Assembly (NCBI GenBank): GCA_948514155.1
Contig: CAOQYA010000003.1
Span: forward strand, 6,057-70,056
Reading direction: 5' to 3'
Source of the DNA: an uncultured Eubacteriales bacterium
Lineage (GTDB): Bacteria; Bacillota; Clostridia; Christensenellales; UBA1242
DNA length: 64,000 nucleotides
Position 1 is the first letter of the stretch. Every line of letters starts with the position of its first letter. Below are positions 1 through 8,525 of the stretch, piece after piece. The notes beneath the pieces are model-generated. The model made no database searches, was not told the origin of the DNA, and worked only from the letters and a program-made list of their open reading frames with translations. A program made the translations under genes and the position numbers.

Positions 1-119
1 ACGATATCTTTGCAAGAAGCAAAGTGCATTCCCAAAAGATTAGATAGACTTTCAGCAAGTTGTGCGCCCACCGAATTATCTAAACTTGTTATCAATATGC
101 TTGTGCCTAAGTTTTTCAT
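1..119 (-). CDS. 5' end of an unidentified ORF running off the left edge (partial)
   Basis: ATG at 119 (minus) opens MKNLGTSILITSLDNSVGAQLAESLSNLLGMHFASCKDI with no stop before position 1. Same orientation as the upstream MBL gene. Too short to assign. Confidence 0.25.
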   Translation of the reverse strand, partial: MKNLGTSILITSLDNSVGAQLAESLSNLLGMHFASCKDI

Positions 120-165
120 ATGATTATTTTATCAGCAATTTATATTTTAATCAAATATATTTACA

Positions 166-1248
166 TTATTTTTTTACAATTTTATTATTCCCCTCTTTCT
201 CGCGCTTAAAAGCGTTAAAATCAGGAATTCCCCAAACAATCAGCAAAATGCAGCCTAAAATGGTGCAAATAAGAGCGTAATCAATCATTTTCCCCTGCAA
301 AATTCCGGTGTAAATTTTGTTTCCTTTTGTTTTGAAAAGAATGTTGCCATAGTCAATAGTGGAGAAATATGTAACACCAAAGAGTTTAAGGTTGTTTATC
401 ACTTCTTCTGTGGGATGCCCATATTTATTGTCCTTTCCCGCACTGATAATCGCAAATTCGGGGTTGACATATGAAAGAAAATTTGTGCTTGTTGAAGTTT
501 TTGCGCCATGGTGACCAACTTTTAGCACATCTGCAGCAAGATTTTTGCCATATTTCTTGTAAATCTTATTCTCTTGAGCATGCGCCGCGTCGCCCATGAA
601 AAGAAATTTTGTGCCGCCGAGTTCGGCGTGCAGAACTGCCGATGTGGCGTTTGTGTCCGAATATGACTTGTCGGGATAGAGAATTTTAACAACATAGTTT
701 TCGCCAATGATATTCGTGCCCTCTTTGGCATAAAACATCTCGGCTCCCGCTTCTTCATAGAAGGCGCGAATGACATTGTCATAGATTATGGTGTCATGAA
801 CATAAAAATCTTCCGGCTCGCTCTCCGAAAGTGACCTTGTCAGCGGCCGATAAAAATTCTTGACTTCAAAGTTATCAAATATCTTCACTCCTCCGCCAAC
901 ATGATCTTCGTCGGCATGAGTGAGAAGAAAATAGTCAATCGTCTCCACTCCAAGATTTTGTATGTAGGAAACAAGTTGGTCGCCGCTTGCGCGCGAGCCG
1001 CAATCGATTAGCATATTTTTGCCGTCGTCAAGTTCAATCAATGTGCTGTCACCCTGGCCAACATCAATGTAGTGCACTGAAAAGTCGGCGGGCGCATTCA
1101 ATTCGCTGTTCCAGTTATATATCTTCCTGGAAATGGGCTGACGAAAAACAATCACCAAAATAATGGCAGCAAGCAGAAAAACTGAAATAGCCGCCCTTAT
1201 CGCAAGTGATTTTTTGCTATAAAATATTTTGAAGGTGAATTTTTTCAT
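166..1248 (-). CDS. Membrane-anchored MBL-fold hydrolase, ComEC C-terminal-domain-like
   Basis: N-terminal TM helix. HYIDVGQGDSTLIELDDGKNMLIDCG and LLTHADEDHVGG (HxHxDH-type metallo-beta-lactamase motif) match the ComEC/Rec2 nuclease domain. Confidence 0.8.
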   Translation of the reverse strand: MKKFTFKIFYSKKSLAIRAAISVFLLAAIILVIVFRQPISRKIYNWNSELNAPADFSVHYIDVGQGDSTLIELDDGKNMLIDCGSRASGDQLVSYIQNLGVETIDYFLLTHADEDHVGGGVKIFDNFEVKNFYRPLTRSLSESEPEDFYVHDTIIYDNVIRAFYEEAGAEMFYAKEGTNIIGENYVVKILYPDKSYSDTNATSAVLHAELGGTKFLFMGDAAHAQENKIYKKYGKNLAADVLKVGHHGAKTSTSTNFLSYVNPEFAIISAGKDNKYGHPTEEVINNLKLFGVTYFSTIDYGNILFKTKGNKIYTGILQGKMIDYALICTILGCILLIVWGIPDFNAFKREKEGNNKIVKK

Positions 1249-2099
1249 ATAAACTCTATCTCGCTGGCAGAAGAAAACTTCTTTTTAAGAAATGGCTTGC
1301 GTTTTTTAAAGAGCGCCATAATTTCCGGCATAACATCAATGGTCGCCTTATAGCCCTCTTCAATCATTTCCTCAAAGCCCTCCGTCTTTGTGGACTTAAA
1401 ACGTTTTGTCTCGGGCGCAATGACAACATCGGAGTTAACATATCCCTTAACAGCGTTCGATTTCATGAGAATTCTTATCGAGCAAGATAGGACATCGGTC
1501 ATTTTAAGCGACTCTGTGCCATATGTGCGCGACTTGTTGCAGTCGACGCTGATAACATAGTCGCAGCCAAAATATCTTGGAATATCGGCAGGAATGGTGT
1601 TTTGAAGGCCGCCGTCGCAAAGTATCATATCGCCAAACTCAACCGGCACAAACACGCCCGGCACGCAGCATGAGCCGGCCACCGCTTTGGCAAGATTGCC
1701 CTTTGTTATGCACACTTCTTTTGTGGACTTAATGTCAACTGCCACAGCTGCAAACTTTGTGGAGAGTTCTTCGATGTCGATGTCGCCAAGCGAGCGTTTC
1801 ATAAGTTCTTCAATGCCCTCAGTTTTGGAAGGAAGAAGCGGAATTCGGCTGGTGCGAATATCTTTCGTCTTGATAGATTTTGCAATGTTGTAAATCTCTT
1901 CAAAACTTTTGCCCGCAGCATATGCGGCGCCCACAACACTGCCCGCACTTGTGCCTGCCACAAAATCGAACTTCAGCCCAAACTCTTCAAACGCCTTAAT
2001 GGCGCCAATATGAGTGAAGCCTCTTGCTCCACCTCCGCCAAACGCTATTCCGATTTTAGGCTTGCGACCAAACATATCGAATTTATTTCCTTTTATCAA
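1245..2099 (-). CDS. Patatin-like phospholipase
   Basis: GIAFGGGGARG oxyanion loop, GTSAG (GxSxG) nucleophile elbow, CDGG catalytic Asp motif. 4-nt overlap with the downstream MBL gene. Confidence 0.85.
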   Translation of the reverse strand: MIKGNKFDMFGRKPKIGIAFGGGGARGFTHIGAIKAFEEFGLKFDFVAGTSAGSVVGAAYAAGKSFEEIYNIAKSIKTKDIRTSRIPLLPSKTEGIEELMKRSLGDIDIEELSTKFAAVAVDIKSTKEVCITKGNLAKAVAGSCCVPGVFVPVEFGDMILCDGGLQNTIPADIPRYFGCDYVISVDCNKSRTYGTESLKMTDVLSCSIRILMKSNAVKGYVNSDVVIAPETKRFKSTKTEGFEEMIEEGYKATIDVMPEIMALFKKRKPFLKKKFSSASEIEFI

Positions 2100-2141
2100 A
2101 AATTTAATGATTTTGTGCCATTTTTTATTTAAAAACGCATT

Positions 2142-3095
2142 CTAAACATAGATAATATTAAAAACTAACAGATGCAAGGCGTTATTTTGAAGCACGCTTC
2201 CAGACTTGACAGCATAGTCCGCCTCCTCCAAAAGCGAGGAGATTTTTTTAAGTTGCGCCTTCGAAAAGCCGCGCGCAAGTTCGCGAGATTTTTTGATGGC
2301 ATATTCCTTAACGCCAAGAAGCGCGGCAAGTTCCCCGTCGGACATTTCCGAAATGGAAACATAGAAAAGTCGTCTAAACTGATTGGAAATAAGGCTGAAC
2401 ACTCCCGCATCTTTTTCCATAAGTTTTAAAAGTTTAAGTGCCTTGTCCCCGTCTTTTTTAGCAAGAGCCTCGGTCAATTCAAACACCGAATATTCAACAT
2501 CTTTGCTAACAAGTTCTTCCACCATTTTTTTGGTTATCGCCTCAGCCGCAGGGTCATAGAAGCAGAGTTTGTTAAGTTCGCTCATAATGCGAGTAAGATA
2601 GCCGTTGCAACTTTCAATAAGCGCCATAAGCGCGTCCATGTTTATAGTTCGGCCAAGCCTTGCAAGATAAGCAACAACAAGTTTTTTCACCATTTCCTTG
2701 TCCATTCTTCCGGCGTCGACAAGCACAAAGTCTTTCTTTAAAAATTCGAAGTTTTTGTTGTAGTCCAGCACAACAACGCAAGTTGTTTTTGGAATGTGAA
2801 GAAGAATTTCATTCACCTTTTTTTTGCCCTCTTCGTTAAGTTTGCCACCTTTAATAACAACAAGTTTTTTTGGGTCTAGCATGGGCAACATTTCAGTTGC
2901 GGCAAAAAGTTTGTCCACCGAAAAACTCTCGTCGTCAAGCACGGTCAAATTAAAATCTTCCATGGTTATTTCGCAGGCAGATTTAATCATTGAAAGCGCT
3001 TTATCAAAAAGATAAAAATCGTCCCCTTCAACAAGATAGACCCGCGCTAAGCCTTCCGACAATCTTTTTTTCAGTGTTTTCAATCTATCCTCCAA
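2142..3095 (-). CDS. holA: DNA polymerase III delta subunit
   Basis: About 317 aa and overlaps the comEC stop (classic comEC-holA synteny of Firmicutes). N-terminal YLVEGDDFYL-type start and helical C-terminal domains. Confidence 0.7.
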   Translation of the reverse strand: MEDRLKTLKKRLSEGLARVYLVEGDDFYLFDKALSMIKSACEITMEDFNLTVLDDESFSVDKLFAATEMLPMLDPKKLVVIKGGKLNEEGKKKVNEILLHIPKTTCVVVLDYNKNFEFLKKDFVLVDAGRMDKEMVKKLVVAYLARLGRTINMDALMALIESCNGYLTRIMSELNKLCFYDPAAEAITKKMVEELVSKDVEYSVFELTEALAKKDGDKALKLLKLMEKDAGVFSLISNQFRRLFYVSISEMSDGELAALLGVKEYAIKKSRELARGFSKAQLKKISSLLEEADYAVKSGSVLQNNALHLLVFNIIYV

Positions 3096-5110
3096 ACTCT
3101 GCCGTCAAAGGCATATTTAAAACTTCCGCCCTCTTTAAACGAGTAATCTGCAAACTCAGACGGCGCATATGTGGCAAAGAAGAAATCATTCTTGCCAAAC
3201 ATCTTGAAATTTTCGGCATAAACAAAGTCATATTTGCCCTCGGCAAGCCGCTCGTTAAGTTTAGTGTAATTATAACTCGAATAGCTTAAATTTGTAAAGA
3301 GAATTTTAACATCGTCAAACTCAAATGTGTAAATTCCGTCCTTGCGCTTGAATTTAAAGTCACCGACAAAGCCCTCTTCTTCGTCAATCACCATGCCGCC
3401 GAAGATGTCTTTCTCATATGTCGGAGCGTCGAAAATGTAGTCAATTTCATTCAGCCCTTCCTGCGCAAGATAATAGGAAATCAGCGAGTTATCATAGCCC
3501 ACGCACAACATTTCGCCATTTTCGCTTTCCAGCATAAGCGTGCGGCTGTAACTTGAGCCGAGCACGCTGACCATGGAGCCGCGATAGTTTAGTTCCGGCC
3601 GCACCATTGTGTAGAGCGACATAACAAGAGTAAGCCAGACCACAAGCAACCACTTTGCAAGGTGCTTTGCCATAACAAAATGACTTACAACAAATGCGAT
3701 AATAAACATCATTGCTGTGAATATAGGGTCAAAAGGCTTGAGCGCAACATATGCATTTGTGCTGGCAAAGAAGGAGGCAATCGCCGTTATTGCACTAAAG
3801 CCCCAGTCACAAACTGTGAGCACCACGCCAGCCGAAGGAATTATCATTGAGAAGATTGTAAGCAGAATAAGCAGCGGAAAAAGCAAGCTGAATATTGGCA
3901 CAACAATCAAATTGGCAAAGAAACTCAGCACGTTCAGTGAAGAAAAGAAGGAAGCAATAAAAGGCAAAATTCCCACCTGAGTTGCAATTGAAATTGCCAC
4001 AAGTGAAGCAATCTTTTTTGGCAAGAACTTGCCGAAAACTCTACTAAAAGGCCTGTGCAAAAGTAAAATCGCGCCAACGCATCCATAACTCATTAAAAAC
4101 CCAACATCCAGTGCAGACAATGGAGAAATAAGCAGCGTCAAAATTCCTGCGCACGAGAGTGCAATTGCCCCGTCATAACTTTTGCCGAACAGCCCGGCCA
4201 TAGATAACATCAGCCCCATTATCATTGCTCGAACAATGGAAGGCGCAAAGCCGCAGATATAAGCATAAAAGAGAATGATGCCAAAAGTCAGAAAGAAATT
4301 AACAAATCTGTTGACCTTACATTTTTTCAAGACCCACGCGATAAGTGTTGTCAAAAATGTCACATGTAAGCCCGAAACGGTGAGGATGTGAATTATTCCC
4401 GACTGGCGATAATCGCTCTTGATTTCCATTTCGATAAAATCTTTTTCACCGGTCAGCACGGCAAAAGCGACTGTGGCATATTTTTCGTCCATGTTGTCGC
4501 TTAGCGTCTGCCAAATCTTATTTCTCGCCTTTTCGTCAAACTTAAGTTCTCCGCTAACAATGCTCACAAAATCTTTGTAACTGGCCTCGCAGGTGTAAGC
4601 TATGTTTTCGCGATAGTAACTCGACTGAAAACTTCCCAAGGTGAACATCTTGTTGTGCTCGAGACTGCCATTAAAAATGACCATGTCGCCAACTTGGAAC
4701 TCGCCTCCGCCAACATCAAAAACAGAAATTTTCACTCCATTAACGCTATCGCCGGCCGCAACAACATCTTCAAGATAAAGCGTCGTGGAGTTTGACCACT
4801 CCTGCACATCACTAACTCGGCCGCAGATAACGGCATCTTGATATTCCCGTCCCATAAAAGAGGAATAACTAAGAAAATAAAGTCCATTTCCCACAAAAAA
4901 GAAAATGCCGGCAAGCAATATCAAAACATATTTAAACTTCAGGCAACTGTAAACAAGCAGCCCAAGAAAAGTTAAAACAACAAGCGCGATATAAACGCCG
5001 TCACCTGCATAGAGCTTTCTTGCCGAAATAAGCCCGAACAGGAGACTTAAAAACACCACCACAATAGGTCTGAAATTGACCTTGAATTTAAACTTTTCTT
5101 TTGTAAACAA
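3080..5110 (-). CDS. comEC: DNA internalisation competence protein ComEC/Rec2 (C-terminal domain lacks MBL His motif)
   Basis: Polytopic membrane protein with the competence-domain motif SGIIHILTVSGLHVTFL. The C-terminal ~170 aa have no HxHxDH. Confidence 0.85.
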   Translation of the reverse strand: MFTKEKFKFKVNFRPIVVVFLSLLFGLISARKLYAGDGVYIALVVLTFLGLLVYSCLKFKYVLILLAGIFFFVGNGLYFLSYSSFMGREYQDAVICGRVSDVQEWSNSTTLYLEDVVAAGDSVNGVKISVFDVGGGEFQVGDMVIFNGSLEHNKMFTLGSFQSSYYRENIAYTCEASYKDFVSIVSGELKFDEKARNKIWQTLSDNMDEKYATVAFAVLTGEKDFIEMEIKSDYRQSGIIHILTVSGLHVTFLTTLIAWVLKKCKVNRFVNFFLTFGIILFYAYICGFAPSIVRAMIMGLMLSMAGLFGKSYDGAIALSCAGILTLLISPLSALDVGFLMSYGCVGAILLLHRPFSRVFGKFLPKKIASLVAISIATQVGILPFIASFFSSLNVLSFFANLIVVPIFSLLFPLLILLTIFSMIIPSAGVVLTVCDWGFSAITAIASFFASTNAYVALKPFDPIFTAMMFIIAFVVSHFVMAKHLAKWLLVVWLTLVMSLYTMVRPELNYRGSMVSVLGSSYSRTLMLESENGEMLCVGYDNSLISYYLAQEGLNEIDYIFDAPTYEKDIFGGMVIDEEEGFVGDFKFKRKDGIYTFEFDDVKILFTNLSYSSYNYTKLNERLAEGKYDFVYAENFKMFGKNDFFFATYAPSEFADYSFKEGGSFKYAFDGRVWRID

Positions 5111-5204
5111 TTTTTCTCCAAACTAATCGAGTAAGGCAAAATATTTTAACATATTCTCACCCTTCTTCCCTAAAAAAATATGGCTCCGACAAGTGAAGAG
5201 CCAA

Positions 5205-5411
5205 TTAGTTGCGACCAACAAGATAGTCGATTGAAATATCAAAGAAATCTGCAAGTTTAATGAGCCAAAATATGCCAGGCTCAATTTGACCACTCTCCCA
5301 AAAACTTATTTGTCTTTGAGTTGCGCCGATTTGACGAGCAAGTTCGGTCTGAGTCAAGCCCATTTCTTTTCTTAATTCTTTAAGTCTTTCGTTATATGCA
5401 TCCCTTTCCAT
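5205..5411 (-). CDS. XRE-family HTH transcriptional regulator
   Basis: LKELRKEMGLTQTELARQIGATQRQISFWESGQ is a typical Cro/CI HTH. Divergent from the MazF pair. Confidence 0.85.
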   Translation of the reverse strand: MERDAYNERLKELRKEMGLTQTELARQIGATQRQISFWESGQIEPGIFWLIKLADFFDISIDYLVGRN

Positions 5412-5451
5412 ATCGGATTTAGTTTAGATTATTTCCTACTATTTTTATTCA

Positions 5452-5472
5452 TTTAGATAAATTTTGTCTAAA
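5452..5472. promoter_or_regulatory. Inverted repeat TTTAGA-N9-TCTAAA, candidate operator in the divergent XRE/MazF promoter region
   Basis: TTTAGATAAATTTTGTCTAAA read directly. Further TTTAGA(T/C)A copies occur at about 5423-5430 and 5485-5492. Confidence 0.35.
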
Positions 5473-5573
5473 GAATTTTTACAAGTTTAGACATTATTCG
5501 CATTTTGAAAACGCATATAAGAGACAAATTTCCTCATTCTAGGGTGTATAAGAAGAAATTTTGAGGTGAATAA

Positions 5574-5798
5574 ATGAAAGAGAAAAATCAATTTAGAGAG
5601 AATTTTGACCGCAGCATTAAAGAATTTGAGGAAAATGGCGGAGACCTAGCGAAATTTGCGGCCGAGGAAACATCAGAGGACTCTTTGCATAAACTGCTAA
5701 AGAAAGAAGATTTTATCTTGCCCGAAGCAGTTTTGGAGGAACTCTCGGAACTTGAAGCGGCGGACTTAATCGACTTAGAGAAGGAGATATGGAGTTAA
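5574..5798 (+). CDS. Small acidic protein, putative non-canonical MazF antitoxin
   Basis: 74 aa, very acidic C-terminus ([19 protein letters not shown]). 10-nt overlap with the mazF start, RBS GAGGTGA upstream. No recognisable RHH/AbrB fold motif. Confidence 0.45.
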   Translation: MKEKNQFRENFDRSIKEFEENGGDLAKFAAEETSEDSLHKLLKKEDFILPEAVLEELSELEAADLIDLEKEIWS

Positions 5799-6148
5799 AC
5801 GTTAGACGAGGAGAAATATATATGGCAGACCTTAGCCCTGTTGTCGGAAGCGAACAGGGCGGCGTTAGACCTGTGCTAATCATTCAAAACAATGTTGGCA
5901 ATCGTTACTCCCCAACTGTTATAGTTTCGGCAATTACAAGTAGACTTGATAAAGCAAAACTCCCCACCCACATTGAACTGCCATCGCAAGACTATCACCT
6001 GCCGAAAGACAGCGTGGCACTTTTAGAGCAAATCCGAACGCTCGACAAGCGCCGACTACGTGAAAAAATCACAACCCTTGAAGAAAGTAAAATGAAAGAA
6101 ATAAATCGAGCAATTTTAATCTCGCTCGGCTTTGCAGAAAAAAATTAA
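5789..6148 (+). CDS. mazF: MazF/PemK/EndoA-type mRNA interferase toxin
   Basis: [45 protein letters not shown] is near-identical in pattern to EndoA/MazF. Confidence 0.9.
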   Translation: MELNVRRGEIYMADLSPVVGSEQGGVRPVLIIQNNVGNRYSPTVIVSAITSRLDKAKLPTHIELPSQDYHLPKDSVALLEQIRTLDKRRLREKITTLEESKMKEINRAILISLGFAEKN

Positions 6149-6172
6149 AATCGCCCATATGGACGATTTTTT
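6147..6172. terminator. Bidirectional intrinsic terminator between mazF and the convergent ORF
   Basis: AAAATCGCCCATATGGACGATTTT hairpin flanked by an A-run and a T-run. Confidence 0.6.
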
Positions 6173-6518
6173 ATCTATTAAAATTTGGTGTATTGCGTTT
6201 TAGAATAACATTCTTTTCAAAGTCAATTCCGGAAAGGCCCTTCAAGGTTTCTCCGTTTGAAAATTTCGCCTCGTAAAATCGATCGGGAGTATCTCCGACA
6301 ATGTGGTTTTTGTTCAAATAAGTTTGACATTCTAAGTCATATGAATAGACACTTGCAAGACTTTTTAAAATATGTTTAACATCACAATGTGAAAGATTTT
6401 TTACAGTCCCGTCAGAAAAATGAGTTTCGTAATCAAGAAAGTCATTATTTAACATAAAACAAATATCTTCCTTATTTACTACAATTTCTTTACAAGCATC
6501 ATTATCATGCGCTCTCAT
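6171..6518 (-). CDS. Hypothetical protein
   Basis: 115-aa ORF with no recognisable motif, in an AT-rich context. Confidence 0.45.
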   Translation of the reverse strand: MRAHDNDACKEIVVNKEDICFMLNNDFLDYETHFSDGTVKNLSHCDVKHILKSLASVYSYDLECQTYLNKNHIVGDTPDRFYEAKFSNGETLKGLSGIDFEKNVILKRNTPNFNR

Positions 6519-6615
6519 ACATAACTCCCAAAAAAATATAATTAGATTATATCACACAAAAAACGCAAAAACAAGACTGCAATTTAAAAAATTTGAAATT
6601 TTTTAAGCAAAACCC

Positions 6616-6644
6616 TTGCTATTTTTTTATAAATTTGATAGAAT
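6616..6644 (+). promoter_or_regulatory. SigA-type promoter of tRNA-Glu
   Basis: TTGCTA, 17-nt spacer, TGaTAGAAT (extended -10), 17 nt upstream of the tRNA 5' end. Confidence 0.55.
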
Positions 6645-6661
6645 TTCAAAGTCTAAATCGT

Positions 6662-6736
6662 GGTCCCTTGGTCAAGCGGTTAAGACGCCGCCCTCTCACG
6701 GCGGAATCAGGGGTTCGATTCCCCTAGGGACTACCA
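6662..6736 (+). tRNA. tRNA-Glu (anticodon CUC), CCA encoded
   Basis: GGTCCCTTGGTCAAGCGGTTAAGACGCCGCCCTCTCACGGCGGAATCAGGGGTTCGATTCCCCTAGGGACTACCA folds as a cloverleaf. Same architecture as Bacillus tRNA-Glu. Confidence 0.9.
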
Positions 6737-6739
6737 GAG

Positions 6740-6765
6740 AAATGCCTATTAGGCATTTTTTTATT
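6740..6765 (+). terminator. Intrinsic terminator after tRNA-Glu
   Basis: AAATGCCT-ATT-AGGCATTT hairpin followed by a T-run. Confidence 0.7.
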
Positions 6766-6774
6766 TTAATGAAT

Positions 6775-6786
6775 GGGGAATCGAAC
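6775..6786. repeat. Inverted partial copy of the tRNA-Glu T-arm
   Basis: GGGGAATCGAAC is the reverse complement of GTTCGATTCCCC (6713-6724). Confidence 0.6.
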
Positions 6787-6975
6787 GGGCGGAATAGCAA
6801 AGGCAGCGGTGTCTGCGTTTGCTCTTAAAAAGGGAATTCCAAAAATGAGTTCATTTTTGGAAAAAAGGAACAAACAAGCAATAAATGAAATTTTGTTGTT
6901 TAACAACAAAATGAATTCTAAGCGCAGTTTGTGACGCGGTGATAGCCTGCCCTGCCTCTGGCGCACACTTGCAAA

Positions 6976-7003
6976 GGCGGAGCGATTCCCCTAGGGACTA
7001 CCA
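6976..7003 (+). repeat. Direct repeat of the tRNA-Glu 3' end (att-like)
   Basis: CGATTCCCCTAGGGACTACCA (6983-7003) is identical to 6716-6736 (21/21). The preceding GGCGGA also matches the tRNA anticodon-stem 3' strand. Confidence 0.85.
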
Positions 7004-7010
7004 AAGAAAG

Positions 7011-7033
7011 AACACTCTTAAGAGTGTTTTTTT
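7011..7033 (+). terminator. Intrinsic terminator after the tRNA-Glu 3' end copy
   Basis: AACACTCTTAAGAGTGTT hairpin plus a T-run. Confidence 0.7.
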
Positions 7034-7063
7034 GACGCTATAAATATAATGTCAGAAGGGCGA

Positions 7064-7246
7064 TTATTTTTCCAAAATCTTAAAATATTCCTCCCAGCGA
7101 TAGTCGCGAATGGGCATCGGCGGGTGGTCGGAAAAGTGAAGGACGAGTGCTGGGCTGATGCCGTGATACTCCTCCACTATTTCAAAATATTCAAGTTTGC
7201 CCTCTTCGATAAGTTTCTTCGCCCGGGCATGATAGTTATAATACAT
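7064..7246 (-). CDS. Small conserved-looking hypothetical protein (start moved to internal ATG)
   Basis: The N-terminus in the ORF track overlaps the upstream gene's terminator hairpin, so the ATG at 7246 (MYYNYHARAKKLIEEGK...) is more plausible. No clear RBS. Confidence 0.35.
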   Translation of the reverse strand: MYYNYHARAKKLIEEGKLEYFEIVEEYHGISPALVLHFSDHPPMPIRDYRWEEYFKILEK

Positions 7247-7280
7247 GCCATAATTTTGGGAAAAACAGCTTAAATTATTC

Positions 7281-7308
7281 AAAAAAACGCGCATTTTGCG
7301 CGTTTTTT
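7281..7308 (-). terminator. Intrinsic terminator after the CofE-like gene
   Basis: AAAAAAACGCGCA-TTT-TGCGCGTTTTTT, a perfect GC hairpin with flanking A/T runs. Confidence 0.7.
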
Positions 7309-7309
7309 C

Positions 7310-8491
7310 TTATTCTGAAGCGTAATTATCAAAATAGCCGGTGATAAGAACAATAGGCGTGCCCTTATCTCCACTGCCGCTAACGAGGTCGGAAAGCGAG
7401 CCAACAAGGTCTGTAATCCGCCTTGGAGTTGTGCCAAGCGACACCGCTTTATTTTTAAGATTTCCCTCTTTTTCTTTAATCAGTTTTTTCATTTCATTAA
7501 TCGCCGCGTCGCCTTCAAGACTGGCAATTTGATTGTCGGCAACATATTTAAGTTTGATTTCATTAGGCGTGCCGTTAAGCCCTGCAGTGAACGCTGGGCT
7601 GACAACAGGGTCGGCAAGTTCCCAAATTCCTCCAACTGGGTCTTTGAATGCGCCGTCACCATAGACCATGCACTCCACTCTTTTGCCGGTGCGTTTTTTA
7701 AGTTCCTTTTGAAGTTTATCAACAAAAGTTTGGCAGTCGCGCGGGAAAAGTTTAACGGTCCCCTCACTCGACATGTTTGAGCCTAAAAGGCCAAACTCTT
7801 CATGATAGCCATGTTTTTTCGATTTTTCATTTAAGATGTCGTCAAGGCCAATCACTTTTTTAGCGCCATTTGCAAGAAGCAGTTTTTTGTTTCTGAATCG
7901 CGAGTGAATGTCCGCACAAATCACCTTATCTGTGTATTTCAAAATTTCGCAAGGGTCGTTGCTTAAGATAACCGAAGCCTTGCCGCCGCAAAGTTCGAGA
8001 TAGAATTTGATGTAATCAAGGCCGGTGAACGGGTGCTCCACACTGCCAACAAGTTTATAGAACTCGTCCGAAGTAAATGGTTGATTAAAATTATGAATGC
8101 CGAGGTCATATAGCTTATCAATCGAAACAAGCGGATTTCCCACCTCGTCAAAAGGATATGAAAGTTGAATGACTAGTTCGTCCACGCCGTCCACAATGCC
8201 TTTTAAAAGTTGCGAAAAACGATTGCGCGAAAGAATAGGAAAGACAAGACCAATTTTGCCCTTGCCCATTTTTTTGCGAACATCTTTTGCGATGTCTTGT
8301 GTGCTTGCAAAGTTTCCTTGGCTCTTTGCCACAATAGCCTCTGTCACGGCAACAATTGCGCCGTCTTTAAGTGCGATGTTGTTGCTATTAGCAACCTCTA
8401 TCACGCAGTCCGCTGCGATTTTAACAAGGTCGTCGCCCGGTCTGATAATCGGAGCGCGCACCCCAAATGCTGATGTTGTTACTGTTCTCAT
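7310..8491 (-). CDS. Coenzyme F420-0:L-glutamate ligase (CofE)-like family protein
   Basis: N-terminal RPGDDLVKI...GAIVAVTEAIVAKSQGNF resembles the CofE/FbiB ligase fold. Function in a Firmicute is unclear. Confidence 0.55.
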   Translation of the reverse strand: MRTVTTSAFGVRAPIIRPGDDLVKIAADCVIEVANSNNIALKDGAIVAVTEAIVAKSQGNFASTQDIAKDVRKKMGKGKIGLVFPILSRNRFSQLLKGIVDGVDELVIQLSYPFDEVGNPLVSIDKLYDLGIHNFNQPFTSDEFYKLVGSVEHPFTGLDYIKFYLELCGGKASVILSNDPCEILKYTDKVICADIHSRFRNKKLLLANGAKKVIGLDDILNEKSKKHGYHEEFGLLGSNMSSEGTVKLFPRDCQTFVDKLQKELKKRTGKRVECMVYGDGAFKDPVGGIWELADPVVSPAFTAGLNGTPNEIKLKYVADNQIASLEGDAAINEMKKLIKEKEGNLKNKAVSLGTTPRRITDLVGSLSDLVSGSGDKGTPIVLITGYFDNYASE

Positions 8492-8525
8492 ATTTAACCT
8501 CTACAAGAGATTATATCCAAAAAAA

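Noticed and set aside
62-280. 72-aa plus-strand ORF at the window start.
   Set aside because: It is antisense to the C-terminal end of the MBL gene and its intergenic region, hydrophobic low-complexity, and has no RBS.
1245-2099. Patatin-like phospholipase as a CBASS-type (CapV-like) defence effector.
   Set aside because: There is no cyclase/nucleotidyltransferase or other CBASS component nearby. The gene is embedded in a comEC-holA housekeeping operon, like YlbK-type patatins.
6616-6966. ORFs 6616..6828 (+) and 6766..6966 (-).
   Set aside because: They overlap tRNA-Glu, its terminator and the hairpin-rich insert. There is no RBS and no coding signature.
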